In this document: one piece after another, positions 38,131 to 47,854 of the stretch
Layout of the letters: each line of letters starts with the position of its first letter
How positions within the stretch are numbered: the first letter of the stretch is position 1
Source of the DNA: Acidobacteriaceae bacterium
Lineage (GTDB): Bacteria > Acidobacteriota > Terriglobia > Terriglobales > Acidobacteriaceae
Reading direction: 5' to 3'
Assembly: GCA_965276615.1 (NCBI GenBank)
Contig: OZ255618.1
Span: forward strand, 2,598,333-2,662,332
Length of the DNA: 64,000 bases
Notes under the pieces: generated by a model
Told to the model about the DNA's origin: nothing
Seen by the model: only the letters and a program-made list of their open reading frames with translations
Databases searched by the model: none
Made by a program: the position numbers and the translations under genes

Positions 38131-38290
38131 CAGCCTAATGAAATTGGTTACAGCCAAATGTCGCACAATATACCCATGCTGCTACGGGTCCGAAAACCGA
38201 CGCGGTGTCGCTCCGAATTTCCGGTGGGCAGAAGAGACACATCAACTGAGGTTTCACAACGAACTCGATAGCTCGAGGAGCTTGAAGAGA

Positions 38291-41200
38291 ATGGCCAACA
38301 TTCAATTGAGGCAGGCGAAATGGCGCGCTACTTGGATTTTCTGGGTGGCACTTGGCTTTTGCGGAATACTATTCTCCGGACCTCGGGCATGGTGCCAGCT
38401 TGACCAGGGAACTATTACCGGGGTGGTGCAGGACAGCTCTGGCGCAGTCATACCGGGCGCCGAGGTCGCGCTGACCAATACCGACACGGGCCTGGCGCTG
38501 CAACGCAAGGCAAACGGCAGCGGCATCTATGTTTTTTCTCCTGTTAAGATCGGAAATTACAGCGTGAGCGCGACCGCCCCGGGGTTCCAGACTACGTCGC
38601 AGGAGCATCTGCATCTGGACGTGCAGGAACGTTTGAATGTTGTTCTGGTATTGAAGCCCGGCGCCGTATCGCAGACCGTGACCGTATCCACAGCGCCTCC
38701 GCTGCTCCAGACGCAGTCCGGTTCCGTGGGCCAGGTGGTTAGCACGCGCACCATCAATAACACCGCGCTGGTCGGGCGCAACTGGGTCGACATCGCGCAG
38801 TTGACGTCTGGCGTTACTCCGACCCTTGGTGGCAGTCGTGGTTCTGGCACCGGCGACTTCTTCGCCAACGGCCAACGCGCGGAGCAGAACAACTTTATCC
38901 TGGATGGCGTCGACAACAACGTGAACATCATAGACTTCATGAACGGCACCAGTTATAATGTGCGGCCTCCGCCGGATGCACTGGCTGAATTCAAGGTGCA
39001 GACCGCCGACTACAGCGCCGAGTTCGGCCACTCCGCCGGCGCCGTGCTCAACGCCAGCATCAAGTCCGGCACCAACCAGATTCATGGCGATGTGTGGGAG
39101 TATGCCCGCAACACTGTCCTGGATGCGAAGGACTGGAATGCGCTGACGATTCCTCCATACAGTAATAACCAGTTCGGCGCCACGCTCGGCTTTCCCATCT
39201 TGCGGAATAAACTTTTCTACTTCGGGGACGCGGAGGCCAACCGTATCTCCTTCGGTGATACTCATGTTATTACGGTGCCCACATCCTTGATGCGCCAGGG
39301 GAACTTCTCGGAGTTGTTAAATACCGGCCTGACCGGTTCAGCTCAACCGATTCAGCTCTATCAACCAAATTCTGGTGGAGGCACAAACGGTACGGCAAAA
39401 CTATCCTGCAATGGCCAGAGTAATGTTCTCTGCGCCAGCCAGATTGATCCAGTGGCACAAAACATTTTGAATCTCTACCCTTTGCCGAATGCCAATGGCG
39501 GGAAGACTTACCAAAACTACGTAGAAAATCTCAATGACACCAGTGACACCTGGCAATGGGACCAGCGCGTGGACTGGAACATCAGCCCAAAAGACCAGAC
39601 TTACGTCCGTTACAGCTACAAGCATGTACAAAACACCAATACTGCTCCACTCGGGCCTATTCTTGATGGGACCGGTAGTTACGCCGGCAAGGATCAAAAC
39701 TATCTCTCCGAGAATGGAATGGGTAGCGAAACCCACATTTTTAATCCAAACGTCACCAACGAGTTCCGCTTCAGCTTCAACTGGGGTGCTTTTGCGAATC
39801 TCCAGGAAAATTACAATGTGAACGTGTCTGCCAAGCTCGGGTTAGGGGGGATTCCCTTTGGCCCTGGTTTCCAGGATAATGGCGGACTTCCGCAAGTTGG
39901 CGTCGGTGGCATCGCCAGCTTCGGCTCGCATTATTTCGATCCTTCGGTCGAGCACCAAAACATCTACCAAATCCTGGATAACGTGACGACCATCATCGGG
40001 AACCATTCGTTAAAGTTTGGTCTGGACTTGCAGAGTATTCGCGTTGCGTTCCTGCAGCCGTATAATTCTCGGGGCAATTACAGTTTCTCCGGTTTCCTGA
40101 CCAGCTACCCGCAGAGCAAGTATCCGAGCGGGTCTGGGATGGCCGACTTTCTAACCGATCAGGTGGCCAGCGCGGGGATCGGTAACGAGCCGACGATCAA
40201 CGATACGCGGTGGTATCGCTCTGCGTATGCCCAGGACGACTGGAGGGCCACCTCGAAGCTGACCCTGAACTTCGGTGTACGGTATGACTACTATCAGCCA
40301 TATAAGGAACAGGCAGGGCGTCAGAGCAACTTCATCGTAACTCCTCCTTACGGGGGTGTCGGGACAGGAACCGCGATCTACCAGATACCCACCCAAAGCC
40401 GGAACATAACTCTCCCGGCGGCCTTTACGAGCCTGCTGGCGATGGATAACGTTACGATTCAGTATGTCAACAATCCCTATCTGGTGACCGCTCAGAAATT
40501 AAACTTTGCACCGCGTCTCGGGTTCGCCTATCAGCTGGATGCGCGAACGGTAATCCACGGCGGATTCGGGATCTTCTACGGTGGCCTTGAAAACGTGGGG
40601 AACGGCCCAAATCTAGGAGGAAATTATCCCTTTGCAACTGAGGCCGGCTTTGTCCGCCCGAACTGCGCTCCCAACAACTGCCCATCTGCCGGGCTGACAT
40701 TAGAGAATGGGTTCAGTCAGGCGCTTGCAGTAGGATTGCAGAACTTCATCGCGCTTCCAGGCTTCGCCGGTTCCGATCCGCACATCAAAACGCCCTACAC
40801 CACTGACTATAATCTGGCGTTCGAGCACGCGTTATCGAACAACCTGGTAGCAAACATAGGATATGTCGGGAATGTTGCCCGGCACCTGGTGCAAACGGTC
40901 GATCCCAATGATTCGGATGCTCTGTTGAATCCAGCAAACCAGACGCAGTTTGTTCGGCCTTTCCCGGATTTAAGCGCAGGTACCCAAGATAGCTACGAAG
41001 GCCAGAGTATGTACAACTCGCTACAGACAAAATTGCAAAAGCGTTATGCAAATGGTTTGAACTTCCTGGCTACCTATACTTGGTCGCATGCGCTGGATGA
41101 TTCTGGATCGCCCTTGGGCGGAGGAGTCGGCAGTCGTAACACTAACCTGATTCCTCTGATCGATGAATACACGAACTCCGCTTTCGATATACGCAATCGC

Positions 41201-41845
41201 TTCACCTTCAACGGTTTCTATGAGTTGCCGTTCGGGAGGGGGCGAGCGCACATGAACCACGGGGGCTGGACCAACTTTGTCGCGGGAGGTTGGGCGACGA
41301 GCCTGACCTTCGTTGCGCAATCGGGTTCGCCTTTCACTGTCTCTCCGAATATCAAAACCGCGGCAGGCGGCAACGCGAGGGCCATCCCGACCCGTGATCC
41401 CTTTTCACCGGGAGGCAGCCCGGATCCGACGAATCCTAACGTTACCTGTGCCGTCCATACGCACACACACCTTAATTTTTATAACCCTTGCGCCTTCGCC
41501 AACCCGCCGCTGCCAGGCAATAACATCCCTCGTACAGGACCCGGTTCCCAGGTGACGGGCCTGTCCCCGCAGGGCTATGCCGCCTATCTCGGCGGCAAGT
41601 CAAACTTCATCTATGGCCCTGGATATGAGCGCATTAATATGTCCCTCTTCAAGGACTTCCCGACCTGGCACTCGCAGTACTTGGAATTCCGTGCAGACAT
41701 TTTTAATGTTTTCAATCACCCAAGCCTTTCCATATGCAACTCAAGCATTAATTCCAACGGCGGTCTTGTTTGCGGAACAAAATCCCTCCAGCAAAATACA
41801 CCGGATGCCAGGTTCTTCCAGCTTTCCGTGAAGTACGCATTCTAG
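38291..41845 (+). CDS. TonB-dependent receptor (CarboxypepD_reg N-domain); paralogue of 31272-34820
   Basis: QLDQGTITGVVQDSSGAVIPGAEVALTNTDTG and C-terminal VKYAF. The start was reset to ATG 38291, with GAGGAG 11 nt upstream. Confidence 0.85.
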   Translation: MANIQLRQAKWRATWIFWVALGFCGILFSGPRAWCQLDQGTITGVVQDSSGAVIPGAEVALTNTDTGLALQRKANGSGIYVFSPVKIGNYSVSATAPGFQTTSQEHLHLDVQERLNVVLVLKPGAVSQTVTVSTAPPLLQTQSGSVGQVVSTRTINNTALVGRNWVDIAQLTSGVTPTLGGSRGSGTGDFFANGQRAEQNNFILDGVDNNVNIIDFMNGTSYNVRPPPDALAEFKVQTADYSAEFGHSAGAVLNASIKSGTNQIHGDVWEYARNTVLDAKDWNALTIPPYSNNQFGATLGFPILRNKLFYFGDAEANRISFGDTHVITVPTSLMRQGNFSELLNTGLTGSAQPIQLYQPNSGGGTNGTAKLSCNGQSNVLCASQIDPVAQNILNLYPLPNANGGKTYQNYVENLNDTSDTWQWDQRVDWNISPKDQTYVRYSYKHVQNTNTAPLGPILDGTGSYAGKDQNYLSENGMGSETHIFNPNVTNEFRFSFNWGAFANLQENYNVNVSAKLGLGGIPFGPGFQDNGGLPQVGVGGIASFGSHYFDPSVEHQNIYQILDNVTTIIGNHSLKFGLDLQSIRVAFLQPYNSRGNYSFSGFLTSYPQSKYPSGSGMADFLTDQVASAGIGNEPTINDTRWYRSAYAQDDWRATSKLTLNFGVRYDYYQPYKEQAGRQSNFIVTPPYGGVGTGTAIYQIPTQSRNITLPAAFTSLLAMDNVTIQYVNNPYLVTAQKLNFAPRLGFAYQLDARTVIHGGFGIFYGGLENVGNGPNLGGNYPFATEAGFVRPNCAPNNCPSAGLTLENGFSQALAVGLQNFIALPGFAGSDPHIKTPYTTDYNLAFEHALSNNLVANIGYVGNVARHLVQTVDPNDSDALLNPANQTQFVRPFPDLSAGTQDSYEGQSMYNSLQTKLQKRYANGLNFLATYTWSHALDDSGSPLGGGVGSRNTNLIPLIDEYTNSAFDIRNRFTFNGFYELPFGRGRAHMNHGGWTNFVAGGWATSLTFVAQSGSPFTVSPNIKTAAGGNARAIPTRDPFSPGGSPDPTNPNVTCAVHTHTHLNFYNPCAFANPPLPGNNIPRTGPGSQVTGLSPQGYAAYLGGKSNFIYGPGYERINMSLFKDFPTWHSQYLEFRADIFNVFNHPSLSICNSSINSNGGLVCGTKSLQQNTPDARFFQLSVKYAF

Positions 41846-42044
41846 AGTGCTAACTTCAATTCGATAGACACAGCTTCATCTTGCGGCCGGTATCCGTCGG
41901 GGGTTTCGGCTGACGTGGCAGCCCCGGACTTCTTGTTCCGCAACCATTTCCGCCCGTTTTGCACTTTGCAAGCTCGCGGTCAGGCGTTGCAGGAGATTGG
42001 CTCCATATTGTCTTCATTTGGTTTTATACCGGAAAGGAGAATTC

Positions 42045-42470
42045 ATGTTTCCATCCGATCGTTCTAAGCTTGGCGGCATACGAGCGCACGCGCTGGTCCC
42101 CCTCGGTCTGTTGCTGAGTGTATTGGGTGCGCCCGCTATTTTTGCGCAGGCTGTTCCCACGAAAGCACCCTATCTGGATTCTTCACTCCCTGTGCAGCAA
42201 CGCGTGAACGATCTTGTTTCCCACATGACGCTAGCCGAAAAGGTCTCGCAGATGAAGTTATATTTGGAGTATCCGCAATCAAGCAGCGCTCCTCTGCGGG
42301 CGCTGGCTGGATTCACTCGGGACAGGCGTTTCCGTGAGCCTGATCATTACCGGCCAGGAGACGCTTTCACGCTGAGGGAGCGACGACCGAAGACGTCATT
42401 CTCCGATAGAACTGAAAGTCGCTGTCCGGGGCAGAAGAATGGGTACATCATCTACAATTTCCGGAGCTAA
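42045..42470 (+). pseudogene. Truncated GH3 beta-glucosidase remnant (N-terminal about 70 codons only)
   Basis: Good SD (GGAAAGGAG), a signal peptide and the GH3-type N-terminus APYLDSSLPVQQRVNDLVSHMTLAEKVSQM. GH3-like sequence ends at about 42254, and the remaining 72 codons look non-homologous. Confidence 0.6.
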
Positions 42471-42560
42471 TGAAATGGATCATAAATAGAGATAAATATA
42501 GATCGGCGTATTCACTTAGCCAAGAACCAGATACGCGGAATTGTAAATTACAAGTTATAT

Positions 42561-43331
42561 ATGAAACTAAAAAATCAGATCGCGGTTGTAACTGGAGCAG
42601 GATCGGGAATCGGTAGGGCTATTGCAGAGATCTTCGCCCTGGAGGGTGCTCGCTTGACACTAGTAGATATCGACGGTACCAAAGCCGAAGCTGCGGCCGC
42701 AGGGATCCGCCAACACGGTGGCGAGGCCTGGGCTTTCGCCGGAGATGTCTCAAGCCCAGCATCGATCGAATCGCTTGCGCGATTTGTAGCAGAGCGTTTT
42801 GGCATTCTAGAGATTCTAGTCAATAACGCCGCCATCCAAATCAACAAAACTGTTGAAGCAACTACCCCGGATGAGTGGAATCGGCAAATGGCAATTAATG
42901 TCGGCGGAGTTTTTCTCTGTTCCCGCGCATTCCTGCCGGATTTGAGGCAGTCGCACGGAGTCATCATCAACTTGTCATCGGTGAACGCATTCTTTGCCGA
43001 GCCGGCGTGCGCAGGCTATTGCGCAACCAAGGCCGCAATCTTAGGCTTAACGAAAGCCATGGCGATCGACCATGGACGCGAAGGAATCCGGGTGCATGCA
43101 ATCTGTCCGGGCTATATTGATGCCGGCCTGGCGCAGAGCTACTTTGAGTCACAGACTGACCCATTGCGCGCCCGAGCGGAAGCGGGGGCGCTCCATGCCG
43201 TTGGGCGCATCGGTCGAGCCGAGGAAGTTGCGAAGGCTGCGGTATTTCTCGCCAGCAGGGACTCTTCCTTTATGACAGGTTCTGCTCTCATCGTAGATGG
43301 CGGTCTCAGCGTAGGATTGCCTTCTCATTGA
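42561..43331 (+). CDS. Short-chain dehydrogenase/reductase (SDR) family oxidoreductase
   Basis: TGAGSGIGRA Rossmann motif, NNAA, and a YxxxK region (YCATKAA). 256 aa. Confidence 0.9.
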   Translation: MKLKNQIAVVTGAGSGIGRAIAEIFALEGARLTLVDIDGTKAEAAAAGIRQHGGEAWAFAGDVSSPASIESLARFVAERFGILEILVNNAAIQINKTVEATTPDEWNRQMAINVGGVFLCSRAFLPDLRQSHGVIINLSSVNAFFAEPACAGYCATKAAILGLTKAMAIDHGREGIRVHAICPGYIDAGLAQSYFESQTDPLRARAEAGALHAVGRIGRAEEVAKAAVFLASRDSSFMTGSALIVDGGLSVGLPSH

Positions 43332-43335
43332 TATT

Positions 43336-44232
43336 TCACGGTGAGCTTGTTGCATGGGACGTTGCGTAGGCGCCGAGTTCGTAGGCCATCATGACTTCTT
43401 TGAGCCGCTGTTCGGAACACGGAAGCAGCGGAAGGCGGACGTCGTCAGAACGAAAGACGCCAAGTTGTTTGAATACAGCTTTCGTGACAGAGACCTCATC
43501 ACCCGGCCCAAAGAGATGGATGAAGGGCAGAATTCGCTCGGCAAATAGACGAAGAGCGCGCGAATTGTCATTGGCTGCTACAAGTCTGACAACTTCCTGA
43601 TAGGTTACGGGGAAGACCGACGGCGCAATGATCATGCTGCCCGCAACGCCAAGGAGCAGGCTGCGGAAGGCCACGACATCATCGCCGGAAAAGACCGCTA
43701 TTCCGTTCTTCTGCAAGACGGCGATTTTGCTCAAGTCATGGTCGGTTAGTTTCACGCCTTGGAAATCGGGGCAGGCCTCGACCAGCGCTATCAACTCTTC
43801 GGCGCGAAGCCAGGTCTTGGTGTATATAGGATTGTCATAAAAGATGAGCGGCACAGCGGAAGAGCGATCCAGTTCGCGGAAGAACTCCAGCACCATCTGG
43901 AAAGTGTTGGGAAAGTAATAGGGTGCCGGAACCAATGCGCCGGCGACTCCAAGATCGCTCAGAACTTTCAAAAATGTGATCATTTCAGCAAGGTTTGTGT
44001 TCGCCACACCTACAACGATCTGTTTGTCCGGAGGCGTGTGCCGGACGGCAAACTGGACCAACTCAATCCGTTCCCTTAAGGAAAGAGACACCGCTTCGCC
44101 TGTGCTGCCACACAGTGTGTATCCATCGAGAGCGGGGAAAATATGATCGAACAACCGCTCCAAACTGGAGAAATCGATCTGGTTCTCGAAAAACGGGGTG
44201 GGGATGACTGGGAGTGAACCGGTAATGGGCAA
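43336..44232 (-). CDS. Dihydrodipicolinate synthase/N-acetylneuraminate lyase family (class I aldolase fold) protein
   Basis: N-terminus PVIPTPFFENQIDFSSLERL...CGSTGEAVSLSLRERIEL is typical of the DapA/NAL family. TTG start with AGGAG 6 nt upstream. Confidence 0.75.
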   Translation of the reverse strand: MPITGSLPVIPTPFFENQIDFSSLERLFDHIFPALDGYTLCGSTGEAVSLSLRERIELVQFAVRHTPPDKQIVVGVANTNLAEMITFLKVLSDLGVAGALVPAPYYFPNTFQMVLEFFRELDRSSAVPLIFYDNPIYTKTWLRAEELIALVEACPDFQGVKLTDHDLSKIAVLQKNGIAVFSGDDVVAFRSLLLGVAGSMIIAPSVFPVTYQEVVRLVAANDNSRALRLFAERILPFIHLFGPGDEVSVTKAVFKQLGVFRSDDVRLPLLPCSEQRLKEVMMAYELGAYATSHATSSP

Positions 44233-44567
44233 GAGGACTCCTGTCTATCAATCCAGATTTGGCAACTGTTTCCTTCATCCTCATCCGGCCGCATGGTAGC
44301 AGATGTTTCGATAGGTAGAAAGACGATCCAGTATAGTGAAGTATACTTTAGGACTGCGCTCCATGAATGTCAAGAGACTTGAGATGTCGCACATCTCGCA
44401 GCCAACTGCGCGCCCAGCTGCCTGGCTTTCCTCCGAATCGGTAAAGATAGAACCGGTCAGAATGATTGTGCCGCTTCCCCATCAGATGTTTTTCGGTTAT
44501 ATAACTGATCGCTTCGATATTGACTGTCAGTGCTGCTACAACTCTCCCACTCAGGGATTGACCGAGC

Positions 44568-46862
44568 CTACATGAGCTTGTCCAAGGTTATAGGCAAGCT
44601 GCGGATGCGCTTGCCGGTTGCATGATAGACAGCGTTCGCAACCGCGGCCGCCGCTCCGGTGATGCCGATCTCACCGATGCCGTGGGCGCCGAGAGGGGTG
44701 TGCGGGTCGGGTATGTCGAGGAAGTAAGCCTCGATTTTGGGAACGTCAAGATTTACCGGGACGTGGTACTCAGCGAGGCTTGGATTCATGATGCGGCCGG
44801 AACGCTCGTCGAATAAAGCCCCCTCGGTGAGCGCCATGCCTATTCCCATAATGATGCCTCCCATAAATTGTGAGCGGGCGGTCTTAGGGTTGAGGATGCG
44901 ACCTGTATCGAACGCGCCGACCCATCGCGAAACGCGGACCTCACCGGTGATTTCGTTCACGCGCACTTCGCAGAACTGCGCTCCATAGGAGCCCATCGAG
45001 TACTTCATCAGTTCGACTGGCTTGCCCGACATGGCTTCCGCTTCCAGCGAACTCTTCTGTGCGCGGGCAAGGATAGCAGCGTAGGTCTCACCTTTGCTGC
45101 GGTCCTTGCGGCGGAAAAGGCCGCCCGCCCGAGCCTCCACTTCCGCGAAATCGGCTCCTTTGAGAGGTGAGCGGTCGTCATGCCGGACAAGATCGAGGAT
45201 CTCTTTGTGGAGCTTCTCACAGGCCTCATGCACGGCGAGCGCAATGCTGACCGTCTGGTTGGAGCCGCCCGCAACCGGTGCCTGCGGGAGATCGCTGTCG
45301 CCGTATTCAAATCGAACCTTCTCCATGGGCAAACCGAGACGCTCGGCAGCATGCTGCGTTTGCACGGTGGCCGTTCCCATTCCCATTTCCTGGCCGGCGC
45401 ACTGAACCGTTGCCGTGCCATCGGCGCTAATGCGCACACGCGCAGATGCGGGGAACCGGTACGCGGGATAGAAGGCAGTCGCCACACCCTGGCCAAGCAG
45501 CCAATCGCCCTCACGCTGGGAGCGCACCTTTGCGGGCCGATCCTGCCAATGAAATTTTTCGGAGCCGAGGCGGTATGCCTCTTTGAAATGCCGCGCGGAG
45601 AAAGGGATGCCCTTAGCGGGGTCGGTTTCGGCGTCATTGAGCATGCGGAGCTCGACTGGATCGACACCGAGTTCATAAGAAAGCTCATCCATGGCGGACT
45701 CCAGGGCGAAGGTGCCGATGGACTCGCCGGGTGCGCGCATGAAGGTGTTGGCGGTGGTGTTGAGATGAACAACGCGTTGATTGACGAGGAAAGTTTTTGA
45801 CGCATAGAGATGACGCGCCGGAAAAGTGAACTGCTCCGCGAACTCGTTGCTGAAGGTTGTGGCGGTGACACCGATATGGATCAGCGCGGTGAGCTTGCCT
45901 TCCTTGTTGGCGGCGAGGGCGACGCGCTGATCCGATGGTGTGCGGCCGCCGACGGTGCGAAATACACCTTCGCGGCTGAGGACGAGGCGCACAGGCCGAC
46001 CGACGACTTTGGCCGCGAGAACGCAGAGCTGCACGTGCGGCCAAACCGATCCTTTGCCGCCAAAACCTCCGCCGACGAACTGCGAGATCACGTGGACGTT
46101 CTCTTTTTTGAGCGAGAAGATCTTGGCCAGCGTGTCCGCAACGCCGCGAATGAATTGGCTTGCTTCGTAGACGGTGAGCTTGTCATCGCCGTCCCACGCA
46201 GCAGTAGTAGCGTGGAGTTCGATGGCGTTGTGGTTGTAGCGTGGCGTGGTGTAGCGGTGATCGACTTTGAACGGGGCAGCGCTTAGCGCGGCTTCGGGAT
46301 CGCCATGTTTGACCTCGGTGTCCTCGCCCATAATGTTCTTCGGCGTCTCCGCGCCGGGTTTCGCGGCGTCGAAGGAGAGCTCCGCAGCCTCGACGTTAAA
46401 TTTGGCGGTGATCAGGCCGGCAGCACTCTCCGCACGTTCCAGTGTGTCGGCGACAACCAGCGCGATGGGTTGGCCGTCATAGAGGATTTCGTCGGTATTT
46501 AGTACGTTGACGTTGCTGGCACCCGCGTCCGAGCCGCCGGCGGGATCGAAGAGCGGTGGGGGCTTCATACGGGGCGCATTGTCGTTGGTGATCACGGCAA
46601 GGACGCCCATCGCCTTCTCGGCGTCGCTGATGTTGATGGATTTGATTGAGCCTTTCGCTACGGTGCCATACGCCAGCGCCGCGTGGACGAGACCTGGGAG
46701 AGGATACTCAGCGGCGAAGGGCGCTGCTCCAGTGACCTTGTCGCGTCCGTCGAGACGATCGATGGGTTTACCGAGCACGCGGTGCGCATCGCTGAGCTCG
46801 TCGCGATCGCGGTCGGGAATGACATGGACGACTGCTTGCATGACCTTGGACGTGATGCTCAT
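44568..46862 (-). CDS. Xanthine dehydrogenase/aldehyde oxidase family molybdopterin-binding large subunit
   Basis: 764 aa with typical a/b-hammerhead and Moco-binding domains (GGGFGGKG). It has a 4-nt overlap with the FAD subunit. Confidence 0.9.
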   Translation of the reverse strand: MSITSKVMQAVVHVIPDRDRDELSDAHRVLGKPIDRLDGRDKVTGAAPFAAEYPLPGLVHAALAYGTVAKGSIKSINISDAEKAMGVLAVITNDNAPRMKPPPLFDPAGGSDAGASNVNVLNTDEILYDGQPIALVVADTLERAESAAGLITAKFNVEAAELSFDAAKPGAETPKNIMGEDTEVKHGDPEAALSAAPFKVDHRYTTPRYNHNAIELHATTAAWDGDDKLTVYEASQFIRGVADTLAKIFSLKKENVHVISQFVGGGFGGKGSVWPHVQLCVLAAKVVGRPVRLVLSREGVFRTVGGRTPSDQRVALAANKEGKLTALIHIGVTATTFSNEFAEQFTFPARHLYASKTFLVNQRVVHLNTTANTFMRAPGESIGTFALESAMDELSYELGVDPVELRMLNDAETDPAKGIPFSARHFKEAYRLGSEKFHWQDRPAKVRSQREGDWLLGQGVATAFYPAYRFPASARVRISADGTATVQCAGQEMGMGTATVQTQHAAERLGLPMEKVRFEYGDSDLPQAPVAGGSNQTVSIALAVHEACEKLHKEILDLVRHDDRSPLKGADFAEVEARAGGLFRRKDRSKGETYAAILARAQKSSLEAEAMSGKPVELMKYSMGSYGAQFCEVRVNEITGEVRVSRWVGAFDTGRILNPKTARSQFMGGIIMGIGMALTEGALFDERSGRIMNPSLAEYHVPVNLDVPKIEAYFLDIPDPHTPLGAHGIGEIGITGAAAAVANAVYHATGKRIRSLPITLDKLM

Positions 46863-47854
46863 CGGGCTGTCTCCTCATTTGCAAGTTCGGTGAAGACGCT
46901 CACAATCGTCCGCCGGGCAAGTTCCACCTTAAATGCATTGTGCTGAAACGTTCGGGCGCCTTCGAGTTCAAGCGAAGCCGCCTCACTGAGGGTCTGATCA
47001 TCGCACCGTTTGCCGACCAGGAACTCCTCTGCGAGAGACGCACGCCAGGGCTTGTGGGCTACACCTCCAAGTGCGAGGCGGACCTGCCGGATTAGGCCAT
47101 CTTCGATCTCGACCGCGGCTGCGACCGAGACGAGGGCGAATGCGTAGCTGGCACGATCGCGAACTTTGCAATAGAGGGAGCGCTTCGCAAACGGAAGCGC
47201 GGGCAGATCAACATGCGTGATCAGTTCGTCGCTCTCGAGATTGGTGTCTCGCTCCGGCGTGTCGCCGGGCAGGCGATGAAAATCGATCAACGGAATTGTG
47301 CGTTCGCCGCGAGGGCTCCGGATACGAACGATGGCGTCCAGAGCGGCCATTGCAACGCACATGTCGGATGGATGAGTCGCGATACACTGCGCCGACGCTC
47401 CCAGAATGGCGTGGATACGATTGAAACCATCGATCGCGTCACATCCGGAACCGGGCGCGCGCTTATTGCAGCGAGCAGCGCTGTCGTAAAAGTAATAGCA
47501 GCGCGTCCGCTGGAGCAGATTGCCGCCTGTCGTCGCCATATTGCGAAGCTGAGCGGATGCGCCCATCAGAATGGCCTGCGAGAGCACCGGGTACCGCTCT
47601 CGCACCGTGGGGTGTCCAGCGAGATGGCTGTTGCGAACGAGAGCGCCGATGCGAAGGCCGCCATCAGCAAGCTCGTCGACGTTATTGAGCGGAAGACGGG
47701 TGATGTCGATCAGCGTGGCGGGATTCTCAATGCCCTCCCGCATCAGATCGATCAGATTGGTGCCGCCGCCGAGGATCTTGGGAAGCGAACTCTGTGCGAG
47801 CAGGTCCAGTGCTCCCTGCTCGCTTTCGGCGCGCCCATAGGCAAAATTGTTCAT
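46859..47854 (-). CDS. Xanthine dehydrogenase family FAD-binding (CO dehydrogenase flavoprotein-like) subunit
   Basis: FAD_binding_5-like GGGTNLIDLM motif. The start was reset to ATG 47854, which overlaps the upstream stop (ATGA). Confidence 0.85.
   Translation of the reverse strand: MNNFAYGRAESEQGALDLLAQSSLPKILGGGTNLIDLMREGIENPATLIDITRLPLNNVDELADGGLRIGALVRNSHLAGHPTVRERYPVLSQAILMGASAQLRNMATTGGNLLQRTRCYYFYDSAARCNKRAPGSGCDAIDGFNRIHAILGASAQCIATHPSDMCVAMAALDAIVRIRSPRGERTIPLIDFHRLPGDTPERDTNLESDELITHVDLPALPFAKRSLYCKVRDRASYAFALVSVAAAVEIEDGLIRQVRLALGGVAHKPWRASLAEEFLVGKRCDDQTLSEAASLELEGARTFQHNAFKVELARRTIVSVFTELANEETAR

Noticed and set aside
41997-42470. 157-aa ORF treated as an intact gene
   Set aside because: Only the first roughly 70 residues (from Met at 42045) resemble a GH3 N-terminus, and the catalytic domains are absent. 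It is called a pseudogene remnant.
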